This document shows positions 1 to 9,230 of a stretch of DNA of 64,000 nucleotides, piece by piece. The stretch is from Acholeplasmataceae bacterium (GTDB taxonomy: Bacteria; Bacillota_I; Bacilli_A; Acholeplasmatales; Acholeplasmataceae). The DNA lies in contig JAZHDG010000035.1 of assembly GCA_036584525.1 (NCBI GenBank), positions 4,839 through 68,838 of the forward strand, given 5' to 3'. Made by a program: the position numbers and the translations under genes. How positions within the stretch are numbered: position 1 is the first letter of the stretch; every line of letters starts with the position of its first letter. The notes beneath the pieces are model-generated. The model searched no databases and was not told the origin of the DNA. It saw only the letters and a program-made list of their open reading frames with translations.

Positions 1-1108
1 GTTCATCAAATAAAGGGATTGGATCAAATACATTAAAAACGAGTGGTTTAATCATTATGATTGTGGGTTTTTGTTGATCAGTTACTTTGAGACTAATGTC
101 AATCTTTGTGGTATTACTTGATGAATCCGAAACTTGATAAGTTACAAGATAAGATCCAATCACATTCGTATTAATTGAACTTAATATTTCAATGTTTTCA
201 GTCGTTAATTGATCATAATTATCTTCAATTTTCAAAACTAACTGTTCCAAAATGTTTGAAATATCTTTAGATTGATAAGGAATATCCGGGCGTTCACTCG
301 ATATGATTAAAATTGGAGGTGTCTGATCTATAACCTCAATTGTAGTCATCATGATTTGTTCATTACCACTTTGATCAACCGCTATGATTTTTAGTGGATA
401 TATCCCAATTATTCTTTGTTCAAAAACAATCGATTGAACATTAACGGCTAGAAATGTGTCGTAGTTATCAATGACTGAAAAGTAGGTTTGCCATGAAAAA
501 GTGTGATTGACATCATGTTTTAAAGGTTTTATCAATATAATTTGTGGTGGTACATCATCATAGAATTCAACCCATGTCATTCGACTAGTTTTATTCCCAC
601 TTAAATCTTCAACTTGATAAACAATGGGATATATCCCAATTTTTGTATCAATAACCTTGCTTGTATCAATGTTAATCTTCAGCAAATCTTCTAGATCATA
701 ATTATCAGAAGCTCTAAACCCATTCATTAGATTGGGCATTTTTTCACCAATTCTCACCTTCAGTTCTGGAACACTCAAAATGATTGGAGGAATGTCATCA
801 ATGATTTTGATACTAATCGTCATAATTTTTCGAATATCGTAATCTGGAAAATATGCTTCAATTTTATGTGTATATGTTTTAACAATACTTGTATTGATCG
901 TCGATAAAAACGTTCTTTCAACGCCATCAATTCTATAAATCACTTCTGCATTATCGATATGAAAGCCATCAATAAATAAGTCCGCTTCAATTTCATTTAA
1001 AGCTGTTATAAAATCACCATGCAAAGGTACCACGATTTCAGTATGACTCCATATCACGTTTGATGATAAAGATGTAAATAAAAATCCTAACCAAACAAAA
1101 AAAGACAT
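1..1108 (-). CDS. Surface/secreted protein with tandem Ig-like (DUF5011/HYR-type) repeats; the N-terminal 369 codons are visible and the C-terminus runs off the left edge
   Basis: Absent from the supplied ORF track because there is no stop inside the window. Hand translation of the minus strand from ATG 1108-1106 (SD GAGGTGA upstream) stays open to position 1: MSFFVWLGFLFTSLSSNVIW... It contains four ~80-aa units, each with D-x-x-PP-x-I ... NYD ... G-I/S-Y-P/L-x-x-Y-x-V-x-D-x-SGN; the PP/KP pairs start near aa 107, 187, 264 and 347. Confidence 0.6.
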   Translation of the reverse strand, partial: MSFFVWLGFLFTSLSSNVIWSHTEIVVPLHGDFITALNEIEADLFIDGFHIDNAEVIYRIDGVERTFLSTINTSIVKTYTHKIEAYFPDYDIRKIMTISIKIIDDIPPIILSVPELKVRIGEKMPNLMNGFRASDNYDLEDLLKINIDTSKVIDTKIGIYPIVYQVEDLSGNKTSRMTWVEFYDDVPPQIILIKPLKHDVNHTFSWQTYFSVIDNYDTFLAVNVQSIVFEQRIIGIYPLKIIAVDQSGNEQIMMTTIEVIDQTPPILIISSERPDIPYQSKDISNILEQLVLKIEDNYDQLTTENIEILSSINTNVIGSYLVTYQVSDSSSNTTKIDISLKVTDQQKPTIIMIKPLVFNVFDPIPLFDE

Positions 1109-1155
1109 CCAATCACCTCTATCTTATGATAGATAATTTGAATGTCTTTTACTTC

Positions 1156-2991
1156 TTAAATAATTTTTGTTTCTAATTCGTGCTCTTTTTCACGGAAAAA
1201 TTGATTTCGATAGAGTTCAAAATATGAACCACGTTTTGCGAGTAACTCTTCATGAGTTCCCATTTCGATGATTTTCCCCATATCTAAAACGATGATTTTA
1301 TTCGCATTAATAATCGTAGATAAACGATGTGCTACAATAAAACTTGTTCGATCTTTCAATAATGTCTCAGTAGCTCTTTGAATGACTTCTTCTGATTCAG
1401 AATCAATGGATGAAGTCGCTTCATCCAAAATCAAAACTCTCGGATCAGCCAAAATTGCACGAGCAAATGAGATTAACTGTTTTTGTCCGACTGAAAGTAA
1501 ATTACCGCCTTCACCAACATGTGTTAAATAGCCTTGATCTAAATGTTTTACAAAATCGTCAACACCCACAATTTTTGAAGCTTCAATCACTTCTTCATCG
1601 GTTGCATCCAAACGCCCATATCGTATATTTTCTAAAACATTAGTACTAAATAAATGCGGGCTTTGAAGCACATAGCCTAAGCGCTTATGAAGCCAATGAA
1701 GATTTCTCTCACGATAGTCTTTGCCATCAATCAAAATTGATCCTTCAGTAGGCTCATAAAATCTTGATAACAAATTAATGATTGTTGTTTTACCAGATCC
1801 TGTGTGACCAACTAAAGCCACGCTTTCCCCAGCTTTTACGGTTAAATTAAAATCAGATAATATATCTTCGTTTTCTTTGTAGAAAAATGATACATGTTTA
1901 AATTCGATGTTACCTTTCAACTCTTCCCAGTTTTCAAGTTTATCATGAAATAAAGTTCCATAAATTTCTTCCACTTCTTTAGAATCTTTAATATCTGGTT
2001 CTGTTTCAATTAAACTAATAATCCGTTCTGCAGATGCTTGAGCATTTTGAAAATCTGAAACAATTCGTGATAGTGACATAATGGGTTCAAAGAAATTAAC
2101 TGTATATGCGATAAACATTTGCAGTGTCCCAATCGTAATCAGCGCTTCAAAGAATAATAAATAATACGAACCTTGAACCATTGTAGTTGCTACTGCGGTA
2201 TATGATAAAACAAGTAAAATTGATGAAAATAATGCTGAAGAAATGACCGCTTTAATACTTGATCTTTTCAGTGATCTTGCTGTGCTTTCAAATTCTTGAT
2301 AATTACTCTCTTCGATACTCAAACTTTTTGTGGTCTTAGCACCTAGAAATCCTTCGTTGTATTGAGCTGTTAATTGTGAGTTATATTTTCTAGCATTCCG
2401 ATGTTGATGTAAAATCTTTTTCCTAAAGAAATAGGTTACTAAAAACATAAGTGGTAAAACCATCGTCACAATTAATGCAAGTTTAAAGAATGTAGCATAT
2501 AAAATAATTAAGATGAAAATCATTGATAAAAATGCCCAAACAAGATCGACTAATCCCCAAGAAATGATGAGTGATAAACGTCTTGCATCTGAAGTCATTC
2601 TTGCCATTATCCACCCATGAGGTGTTTTATCGTAATATGAGAATGAAAGTCTTTGTAAGTTTTTAAATGCTTGTCTTCTAAGTTCAAAACTTGTTTCAGC
2701 TTCAATAATCCCTGCCTGATAAATAAAACCCCAAACAGCTAAACCAAAACCTGCAGCTAATAAGATATTAGCAACAACAAAGTATGGCCATGTTCCATAT
2801 TCACCTTCAATAAAGAAAGTGTCAATCGCGTAACGATTGAGTAATGGAATCATCGCATCTAAAAATGCTAATATTCCGGAAAACATCATGAGCAAAAACA
2901 TCCGTTTTTTTGATTTAAAAATAACGGAAATAATTTTCTTCCATGTCCCTAATTTTACTTTATACTCATTATCTTGAACATCATCATGCAT
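1156..2991 (-). CDS. ABC exporter half-transporter (TMD-NBD), consensus-site subunit of a heterodimer
   Basis: Walker A GHTGSGKTT; Walker B with catalytic Glu ILILDEATS; H-loop VAHRLS; degenerate signature LSVGQKQ. The likely start is ATG 2991 (SD AAGGTGA 5 nt upstream) rather than the track's GTG 3000. It overlaps the upstream stop (ATGCATGA). Confidence 0.9.
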   Translation of the reverse strand: MHDDVQDNEYKVKLGTWKKIISVIFKSKKRMFLLMMFSGILAFLDAMIPLLNRYAIDTFFIEGEYGTWPYFVVANILLAAGFGLAVWGFIYQAGIIEAETSFELRRQAFKNLQRLSFSYYDKTPHGWIMARMTSDARRLSLIISWGLVDLVWAFLSMIFILIILYATFFKLALIVTMVLPLMFLVTYFFRKKILHQHRNARKYNSQLTAQYNEGFLGAKTTKSLSIEESNYQEFESTARSLKRSSIKAVISSALFSSILLVLSYTAVATTMVQGSYYLLFFEALITIGTLQMFIAYTVNFFEPIMSLSRIVSDFQNAQASAERIISLIETEPDIKDSKEVEEIYGTLFHDKLENWEELKGNIEFKHVSFFYKENEDILSDFNLTVKAGESVALVGHTGSGKTTIINLLSRFYEPTEGSILIDGKDYRERNLHWLHKRLGYVLQSPHLFSTNVLENIRYGRLDATDEEVIEASKIVGVDDFVKHLDQGYLTHVGEGGNLLSVGQKQLISFARAILADPRVLILDEATSSIDSESEEVIQRATETLLKDRTSFIVAHRLSTIINANKIIVLDMGKIIEMGTHEELLAKRGSYFELYRNQFFREKEHELETKII

Positions 2992-4825
2992 GTGACTCAC
3001 CTTCTTTCAAAAGTGCTTCAAACTCGTGTTCAAGTTTACCTTGGATATCCCAAAGTTTACGGTATAACCCACTTTGCTTACTAAGTTCTGCATGGGTTCC
3101 AATGGCTTGAATTTGACCTTGATCTAACACAATAATTTGATCCGCTTCTTTTGCTGTTGTAATTCTATGGGTGATAATAATAGTGGTTTGTTTAGACTCT
3201 TTGTTTTGTAATGCTTCGCGAATCATCGTATCTGTCTTTGTATCAACTGCACTTAAAGCATCATCAAAAATTAAGATAGGCTTATCAGCAACAAGTATTC
3301 TAGCAATCGCTACTCTTTGTTTTTGTCCGCCAGATAAAGTCGTACCTTTTTCTCCAACAATTGTGTCATAACCTTGTTTAAATGTTTTAATATCTTTTTC
3401 TAAAGCTGCGATATTAGCTGCTCTAAATACACGATCTTTATTGACATCTTTATGTGCAATCGCAATATTTTCAAATACTGTTTTCGAGTAAAGGAAAGGA
3501 TCTTGTAATACGACACCAACTTCTTGACGTATGTGTTTCTTTCGAATATCTCTTAAAGAAATTCCATCAATGAAGATATCTCCACCTTGATAGTCATACA
3601 TCTTTAAAAGTAAATTAATAATAGTTGATTTCCCGCTACCAGTTCGACCAATAATTGCAACCGTTTGCCCACTCTTAATGTGAAAGCTAACACCTTTTAG
3701 CAAGTGTTCATTGGTATCCGAAAACTTAAATGATACATCCTTAAATTCAATGTCACCTTTAATTTGAGGTTCCGAAGTCCCATCAATTAAGTATTCACTA
3801 GGCATTTCAAGAATTTCATTAATACGATCTGATGCGACCAAAGCTTTGCCAAAATCGTTAATAATCCGTCCTAATCCTCTGACTGGCCATATTAACATAC
3901 CAACTAGGGATAGAGATGCAATCACATCTGCAGCATCCATGGTTTGTCTTTGAACAGAAAACACGCCAATAGCGATGATGACTAAATATTGAGAGATACT
4001 CATGAAATCCATAGATCCCCAATAGATGGCAACAATTTTGTTAGCACGCTTTAATTGGTCACGGTATTTTGTATTTTTATCTTCCATTTTAGTAATTTCA
4101 AATGCTTCATTCGCAAATGCTCTTACGACTTTTGAACCTGCTAAATTTTCTTGAATGACATTCATCATATCTGCTTCAGTATCTTCGATTTTTTTAAATA
4201 TTTTATCAACTTTGACGAAGTATATAATTGATGAAGTTGCAATAAATGGCACAATCGAAAGTGAAATCCAAACCATTGTAGGGTTAATTCGAATCAATTG
4301 ATAGGCTCCAAAAAAGAGTGTTGCTCCCAAATGGACAATATCAAGCGTACGTGTAGCTAAAAAGTTTGTCGTTGTTTCAACATCTGAGGTAACTCTTTGA
4401 ATCAAATCACCAGTATCTGTATTGTTATGGTATTGATAACTTAGATCTTGAATATGTTTATAGAGTTTCATGCGCATTCTTTCAGCCATGGATTCTAACA
4501 GTGAACCTTTCGCCCACATTTCAACAAATCGCAATGAAAATCTAAATACTTGTAAAATTAGAAGCGATAAAGCAATTCTTAATACAATCTCCATAATGTC
4601 TGTTGATTGTTCAAAAAATGCAATTAAAAAATTTGGTAGGTGAACAACACCGACCACTATATTTCCATCAGCAATTCCTGGATGAGAAAGTAGCGTTTTA
4701 ATTAAATACTGAGTAAACAAGGGTACATTCGAGTATGTCCATTGATGAATAATTGTTAATAATCCTGCAATGAAAAACAGCATGGAAAATCCCTTGGCTA
4801 AGCGCAATAGTTTTCTTGTTCTCAT
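2984..4825 (-). CDS. ABC exporter half-transporter (TMD-NBD), degenerate-site subunit of a heterodimer
   Basis: Walker A GRTGSGKST; signature LSGGQKQR; Walker B followed by Asp rather than Glu (ILIFDDALS). This is the pattern of BmrCD/LmrCD/TM287-288-type heterodimers. Start is ATG 4825, 7 nt after AGGAGG; the track's GTG 4831 lies inside the SD. Confidence 0.9.
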   Translation of the reverse strand: MRTRKLLRLAKGFSMLFFIAGLLTIIHQWTYSNVPLFTQYLIKTLLSHPGIADGNIVVGVVHLPNFLIAFFEQSTDIMEIVLRIALSLLILQVFRFSLRFVEMWAKGSLLESMAERMRMKLYKHIQDLSYQYHNNTDTGDLIQRVTSDVETTTNFLATRTLDIVHLGATLFFGAYQLIRINPTMVWISLSIVPFIATSSIIYFVKVDKIFKKIEDTEADMMNVIQENLAGSKVVRAFANEAFEITKMEDKNTKYRDQLKRANKIVAIYWGSMDFMSISQYLVIIAIGVFSVQRQTMDAADVIASLSLVGMLIWPVRGLGRIINDFGKALVASDRINEILEMPSEYLIDGTSEPQIKGDIEFKDVSFKFSDTNEHLLKGVSFHIKSGQTVAIIGRTGSGKSTIINLLLKMYDYQGGDIFIDGISLRDIRKKHIRQEVGVVLQDPFLYSKTVFENIAIAHKDVNKDRVFRAANIAALEKDIKTFKQGYDTIVGEKGTTLSGGQKQRVAIARILVADKPILIFDDALSAVDTKTDTMIREALQNKESKQTTIIITHRITTAKEADQIIVLDQGQIQAIGTHAELSKQSGLYRKLWDIQGKLEHEFEALLKEGESHA

Positions 4826-4848
4826 GCACACACCTCCTAGCCTTTATT

Positions 4849-4877
4849 AGTATATAATGAATATAACAGAGTGTCAA
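4849..4877 (-). promoter_or_regulatory. Sigma-70/SigA-type promoter of the ABC exporter operon
   Basis: Minus strand reads TTGACA (4877-4872), a 17-nt spacer, then TATACT (4854-4849), followed by AGGAGG and ATG. Confidence 0.6.
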
Positions 4878-4894
4878 TGTAATAAAGCAAAAAG

Positions 4895-4913
4895 AAAAGG
4901 CTCATCGCCTTTT
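4895..4913 (-). terminator. Weak intrinsic terminator after the XRE/TPR regulator gene
   Basis: AAAAGGC/GCCTTTT 7-bp stem with a 5-nt loop and a T-rich tail on both strands. Confidence 0.4.
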
Positions 4914-4923
4914 TTTATTGAAA

Positions 4924-6165
4924 TTATGATGATTTTGTTAAAGTTTTTTGTACGATAAACCATTGATGAAGTGTTTGATGTGCTTCTTTATAATAGAAAT
5001 GTTGACCAAATAAGGCAGCTGCATCTTTATAAATATAAGAAAGTGTATGATAATTATCAGTTAATAAATATCGATTTGTTAAAAGTTCTCTAAGATAAGA
5101 AAGTACACATTTTGTGTCATTGAAATGTTTAAATTCAATATATCTAAAAATTAATCTGTCTGATCTTTTAGAAAATACAAATGATTCCTTTTGTTGTATG
5201 ATGCCCTTAATATCATCTTCACGGTGAAGATGATCAAGTGACATGATGTGAAGAATTAACCACTTCTCATGCGAATCTATATAAGATTGGGAAAGAAAAA
5301 GAGATTTCTCGTAATTACCAGAATGATAATAGCATAGTGCCAAAATATAGGATCTATCCATTGAATCCATGGCTGGAATTTTATTCAATCTTTCCTCGAT
5401 TTTTTCAATGTTATGTTGGCTTGTTTTATATACAAAATATTCAATTTGAGTCTTATAAAGTTGATCAAATGCATGCATTATTTGTAAGTTTGACACATAT
5501 TGATGGTACACTTTTTCTACTTCAGATGGCCTCATTAAACCGATGACACATTTCAAACGATACTTTAATTTGATTGATTCAATTAATATATTTTCTTCTT
5601 CTGTTTTGGGAATAAGTTTGATCACTTCATAAGCATCTAAAAATCTTTCTTCTGAAATTAAAATGATCGTAACGCATGTGAAAAATAAAATAATTTCATC
5701 ATTTAATAAATTGGGAATATATGACTTTAAGTTCTCATAATAAGGTTTAATTTTATCAAATTGATTTGAAGATACATAATGTGCCATTACAAAAAGAAAA
5801 GACTGATGATTTTGTTTTTGTTTATATTGATTAAGGAGTTCTTCTTCAATCTTTTCATCATGATGTAATGATAAAAACACTTGGTTTATTTGATGATGAT
5901 AATTGTGGTCATAATTGTGTTGATCAAATTTCATTTTTAGTCGTTCTTCAAAGAGCTTTATATACTTCATATTTGGTTTAATCAAGTTATTCTCTAGTTT
6001 TGATAAGTAAGAAATGCTTATCAAATTCTCAGCGGTTTCTTCTAAAGTCATATTAAGTTCTTTTCTTCTAAACTTCATTGCGGATCCCAATGGGAGTGTC
6101 TCAAATGAACGCTGTGTTTTTCTGTAGTTCAGTTGTTTCTTAATCTGTTGTAATTGTATGTACAT
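4924..6165 (-). CDS. XRE-family HTH transcriptional regulator with a ~340-aa helical (TPR-like) C-terminal domain; RNPP-like architecture
   Basis: The N-terminal stretch LGSAMKFRRKELNMTLEETAENLISISYLSKLENNLIKP is a classic Cro/C1 HTH. The remainder is Tyr/Leu/His-rich and looks like helical repeats. SD AAAGGAG precedes ATG 6165. Confidence 0.6.
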   Translation of the reverse strand: MYIQLQQIKKQLNYRKTQRSFETLPLGSAMKFRRKELNMTLEETAENLISISYLSKLENNLIKPNMKYIKLFEERLKMKFDQHNYDHNYHHQINQVFLSLHHDEKIEEELLNQYKQKQNHQSFLFVMAHYVSSNQFDKIKPYYENLKSYIPNLLNDEIILFFTCVTIILISEERFLDAYEVIKLIPKTEEENILIESIKLKYRLKCVIGLMRPSEVEKVYHQYVSNLQIMHAFDQLYKTQIEYFVYKTSQHNIEKIEERLNKIPAMDSMDRSYILALCYYHSGNYEKSLFLSQSYIDSHEKWLILHIMSLDHLHREDDIKGIIQQKESFVFSKRSDRLIFRYIEFKHFNDTKCVLSYLRELLTNRYLLTDNYHTLSYIYKDAAALFGQHFYYKEAHQTLHQWFIVQKTLTKSS

Positions 6166-6188
6166 TGTTGATTCTCCTTTTTAAAATA

Positions 6189-6217
6189 ATTATAGCCACA
6201 AATGTTTTTTTAATGAA
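6189..6217 (-). promoter_or_regulatory. Candidate promoter for the regulator gene
   Basis: Minus strand TTCATT (6217-6212), 17 nt, TATAAT (6194-6189). Confidence 0.4.
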
Positions 6218-6230
6218 CGAATACATACAT

Positions 6231-6254
6231 AAAAAAGGCGATTTGTACGCCTTT
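6231..6254 (-). terminator. Intrinsic terminator after nth
   Basis: On the minus strand, stem AAAGGCG/CGCCTTT (7 bp, 7-nt loop) is followed by TTTTTT. Confidence 0.65.
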
Positions 6255-6296
6255 AACTTTGAAATTTTAATCAGTTTTTCTCAAAAAAAATATATT

Positions 6297-6932
6297 TTAA
6301 ATTTTCGTCTTTTTTTCATAACCACAAATTTCATAAAGTGGACATTCTTGGCATTTGGGTACACGAGCTAAACAGTGGTATCTTCCGAAAAATATCAATT
6401 GATGATGCAACTTTGTCCATACACTTTTAGGAAACTTTTTCATTAATTTATGTTCTATTTCTAAAACTGAATCCTCTTTTTTTGCAAGCTTAAGTCTGAT
6501 TGAAACTCTCGCAACATGCGTGTCAACTGCAAGTGCAGGAATGTTAAATGCATTCGATAACACAACATTTGCAGTCTTTCTTCCAACTCCGGGCAAAGCC
6601 TCAAGCTTCGTACGTTCATTCGGAACTTCATCATGATACTTATGATGAATCTCATTTGCAAGAGCAATAATGTTTTTGGCCTTATTTCGATAAAGTCCAA
6701 TTGTTTTTAATATATGTTCAACATCACTTATGTTAGCTTCGGACAAGCTTTTTGGATTTGGATATCGTTTAAACAATGTTGGTGTCACTAAATTAACGGC
6801 AACATCAGTCGTTTGTGCAGATAACACAACAGCAACAATGAGTTCAAATGTATTTTGATGATGGAGTTCAACATGCGCATTTGGAAACATTTGATCAAGC
6901 ACTTGAAGAATCTTATCTGTTTTTTGACTCAT
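6297..6932 (-). CDS. nth: Endonuclease III (DNA glycosylase/AP lyase)
   Basis: HhH-GPD motif LPGVGRKTANVVL. C-terminal 4Fe-4S cluster Cys pattern CLARVPKCQECPLYEIC. 211 aa. Confidence 0.93.
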   Translation of the reverse strand: MSQKTDKILQVLDQMFPNAHVELHHQNTFELIVAVVLSAQTTDVAVNLVTPTLFKRYPNPKSLSEANISDVEHILKTIGLYRNKAKNIIALANEIHHKYHDEVPNERTKLEALPGVGRKTANVVLSNAFNIPALAVDTHVARVSIRLKLAKKEDSVLEIEHKLMKKFPKSVWTKLHHQLIFFGRYHCLARVPKCQECPLYEICGYEKKTKI

Positions 6933-7543
6933 TTTATTTTTTTGAATATTTCATCAAGTGCCTGATCGACATCTTGATCAATTTCAATTTTCTTTGGAAT
7001 TTGTTGAGTCAAAATCTTTTCAACATATTTCACACTCATACGGTCTTGTGCCGAATCAATGGCTTCTATAATTGATTGGTGGGCATAAAGTTGATTATCA
7101 TACCATTGTCGTATCATTTCAAGTTCATAAGGCATTAAAAGTCTTCCTAAACCTTGTTCAAACCGTTTAATTGTCGCAGAGACTTCATTTTCTGTAAGTG
7201 CACGTTTTTTTTCAAGTTCATCATTTTTAAACAATTCTTGAATTTTATCAAATGTTAAATTAAGGTCAAATACTTCTCGCTCTTTACCGTCTTTACTTTC
7301 AAGATCGATGGTCATGAACCCTTTTGAAAGCAATTTATCTATAATACTGCCAATTTCATTTATTGAATATTCAACACGACGATTAATCGCATTTATGCTA
7401 AATGTATGACGCTTTTTATAAATTGAAAAAAGAGCAAGTAAAACTGTCATTTCTTGCATGGTTAAATCTAACCTTTTATATTCTTTAATCAATATCCTTT
7501 CCATGGATAAATCATATTCTTCATATAATCTTTTAAGCATCAT
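6929..7543 (-). CDS. dnaD: DnaD-domain replication initiation/primosome protein
   Basis: DnaD/DnaB_2-type C-terminal segment (LMPYELEMIRQWYD...). Its stop overlaps nth by ATGA, and the dnaD-nth order is the same as in Bacillus subtilis. Confidence 0.7.
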   Translation of the reverse strand: MMLKRLYEEYDLSMERILIKEYKRLDLTMQEMTVLLALFSIYKKRHTFSINAINRRVEYSINEIGSIIDKLLSKGFMTIDLESKDGKEREVFDLNLTFDKIQELFKNDELEKKRALTENEVSATIKRFEQGLGRLLMPYELEMIRQWYDNQLYAHQSIIEAIDSAQDRMSVKYVEKILTQQIPKKIEIDQDVDQALDEIFKKIK

Positions 7544-8195
7544 AACTCCCCTTTTTTAAGGCATCTTCTGCAGCATGTTGTTCTGCTTCTTTTTTTGTTT
7601 TCCCTTGACCAATTCCAAGAATAATATGTTGATCTAGTTTCACGACAGCCTCAAAAAATTTATCGTGAGATGGACCAGTTTCCTTCACAATATGATAGCT
7701 AATATTACGTTTAGCACCACTTTGAATTAATTCTTGTAAAATCGATTTATAATCTTTGATATTCCACATCGCGTTCAAATGTGGAACAATGAGTTTTTGG
7801 AACATTTTTTGAGCGTATTTAAATCCTAAATCTAAATAAATTGCGCCAAAAAATGCTTCAAAAGCATCTGCAATCATAGCATCATTCGCACCTTTTTGTT
7901 GCTCTCCACGACCTAATCGTAAATAATCTTTTAACTTAATCTTATTTGCATAAATCACTAACGCTTCTTCACAAACAGCTTGAGCTCTTCTTTTTGTCAT
8001 CGTGCCTTCATCTTTTAAATTTTCTTGATATAGATAGTCACTCATTAAAAGTTCAATGACTGCGTCACCTAAAAATTCTAAAGTTTCGTTCTTTTCAACT
8101 TGATTTTCATTCGCATAAGAAGAGTGAGTTAGAGCTCTTTCATATAATTCAATATTTTTATAGGGAATACCCAGCATTTCTAAGATTGCAATCAT
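7533..8195 (-). CDS. rnc: Ribonuclease III
   Basis: RNase III signature ETLEFLGDAV plus a C-terminal dsRBD (GPSHDKFFEAVV...GQGKTKKEAEQHAAEDAL). Confidence 0.92.
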   Translation of the reverse strand: MIAILEMLGIPYKNIELYERALTHSSYANENQVEKNETLEFLGDAVIELLMSDYLYQENLKDEGTMTKRRAQAVCEEALVIYANKIKLKDYLRLGRGEQQKGANDAMIADAFEAFFGAIYLDLGFKYAQKMFQKLIVPHLNAMWNIKDYKSILQELIQSGAKRNISYHIVKETGPSHDKFFEAVVKLDQHIILGIGQGKTKKEAEQHAAEDALKKGSYDA

Positions 8196-9199
8196 GCATG
8201 AACCTCTTCTTTTTTCTCGAGTATTTCAGCAACTTTTTGAATAACTTCTGCTTCAACCATTTCTTTTGCTTGACGAATGCCATTGTAAAAACCATTTGTT
8301 TTTGAAGCACCTTGTGCTTTAATAACAATTCCATCAAGACCCATGAGTAGTGCACCACCAATTTCAGATGCATCCATAGATTTTTTAAAGTTTGTTAAAG
8401 CTTTTTTCATAAATAAAGCTCCAATTTTTGAGATTAGTGTGCGCTTGATTTCACGTTTTAAGATCATTCCCATGCCTTTGGCTGTGCCTTCAATAGTCTT
8501 CATCACGATATTCGCCGTAAACCCATCACTAATTAAAATATCTGCATCTGTCGTAAATATTTCTTTGGGTTCTAAATTACCAATGAAATTAATATGAGGA
8601 TTCTCTTTGAACAACTTGAATGTTTCTTTATCGAAATCACGACCTTTTCCATCTTCGGTTCCGATATTAATTAATGCAACTTTAGGATTATCGCGATGAA
8701 GCACGCGATTCGCCATAATCGATGCATAAATAGCATATTCTTCTAAATGCTCAGGCTTAAAATCAACATTAGCTCCTGCATCAAGCAAAATTCTTCCTCT
8801 TCCATCATACGTCGGTAAAATCGGTGCTATAGCTACCCTTTTCATACTTGGCATACGTCTCACGATGAAATGGCCACCTACGACTAATGCTTGTGTAGGA
8901 CCAGCACTTACAATCGCGTCCGCTTTTTTATCTTTGACAGCTTGCATTGCGAGAAACATTGAAGCTTCTTTATTTGTCCGATATTGTTTGATGGGATCCT
9001 TTTCACCCATTTCTAAAAAATAGGGTGTATGAACAACCGTTAATCTTGGATGTTTTGCTAAATAGGGTGCCATTTTGTTCTCATCGCCAAAGAGAATGAT
9101 TTCGATGTTATCAAACTTTTCTAGTGCTAGGAGTGAGCCCTTGACCATTGGCTCTGGAGCGTAATCGCCGCCCATTCCGTCAACTGCTATTCGAATCAT
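8192..9199 (-). CDS. plsX: Phosphate acyltransferase PlsX
   Basis: N-terminus IRIAVDGMGGDYAPEP; 335 aa, typical PlsX length. Confidence 0.93.
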   Translation of the reverse strand: MIRIAVDGMGGDYAPEPMVKGSLLALEKFDNIEIILFGDENKMAPYLAKHPRLTVVHTPYFLEMGEKDPIKQYRTNKEASMFLAMQAVKDKKADAIVSAGPTQALVVGGHFIVRRMPSMKRVAIAPILPTYDGRGRILLDAGANVDFKPEHLEEYAIYASIMANRVLHRDNPKVALINIGTEDGKGRDFDKETFKLFKENPHINFIGNLEPKEIFTTDADILISDGFTANIVMKTIEGTAKGMGMILKREIKRTLISKIGALFMKKALTNFKKSMDASEIGGALLMGLDGIVIKAQGASKTNGFYNGIRQAKEMVEAEVIQKVAEILEKKEEVHA

Positions 9200-9230
9200 A
9201 GTTATACCTCACTTTTATTTACTCATTATA

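Noticed and set aside
6165-6371. 68-aa plus-strand ORF considered as a possible signalling pro-peptide for the RNPP-like regulator
   Set aside because: It starts at a TTG on top of the regulator's own start codon, has no SD, crosses the nth terminator and runs antisense into nth.
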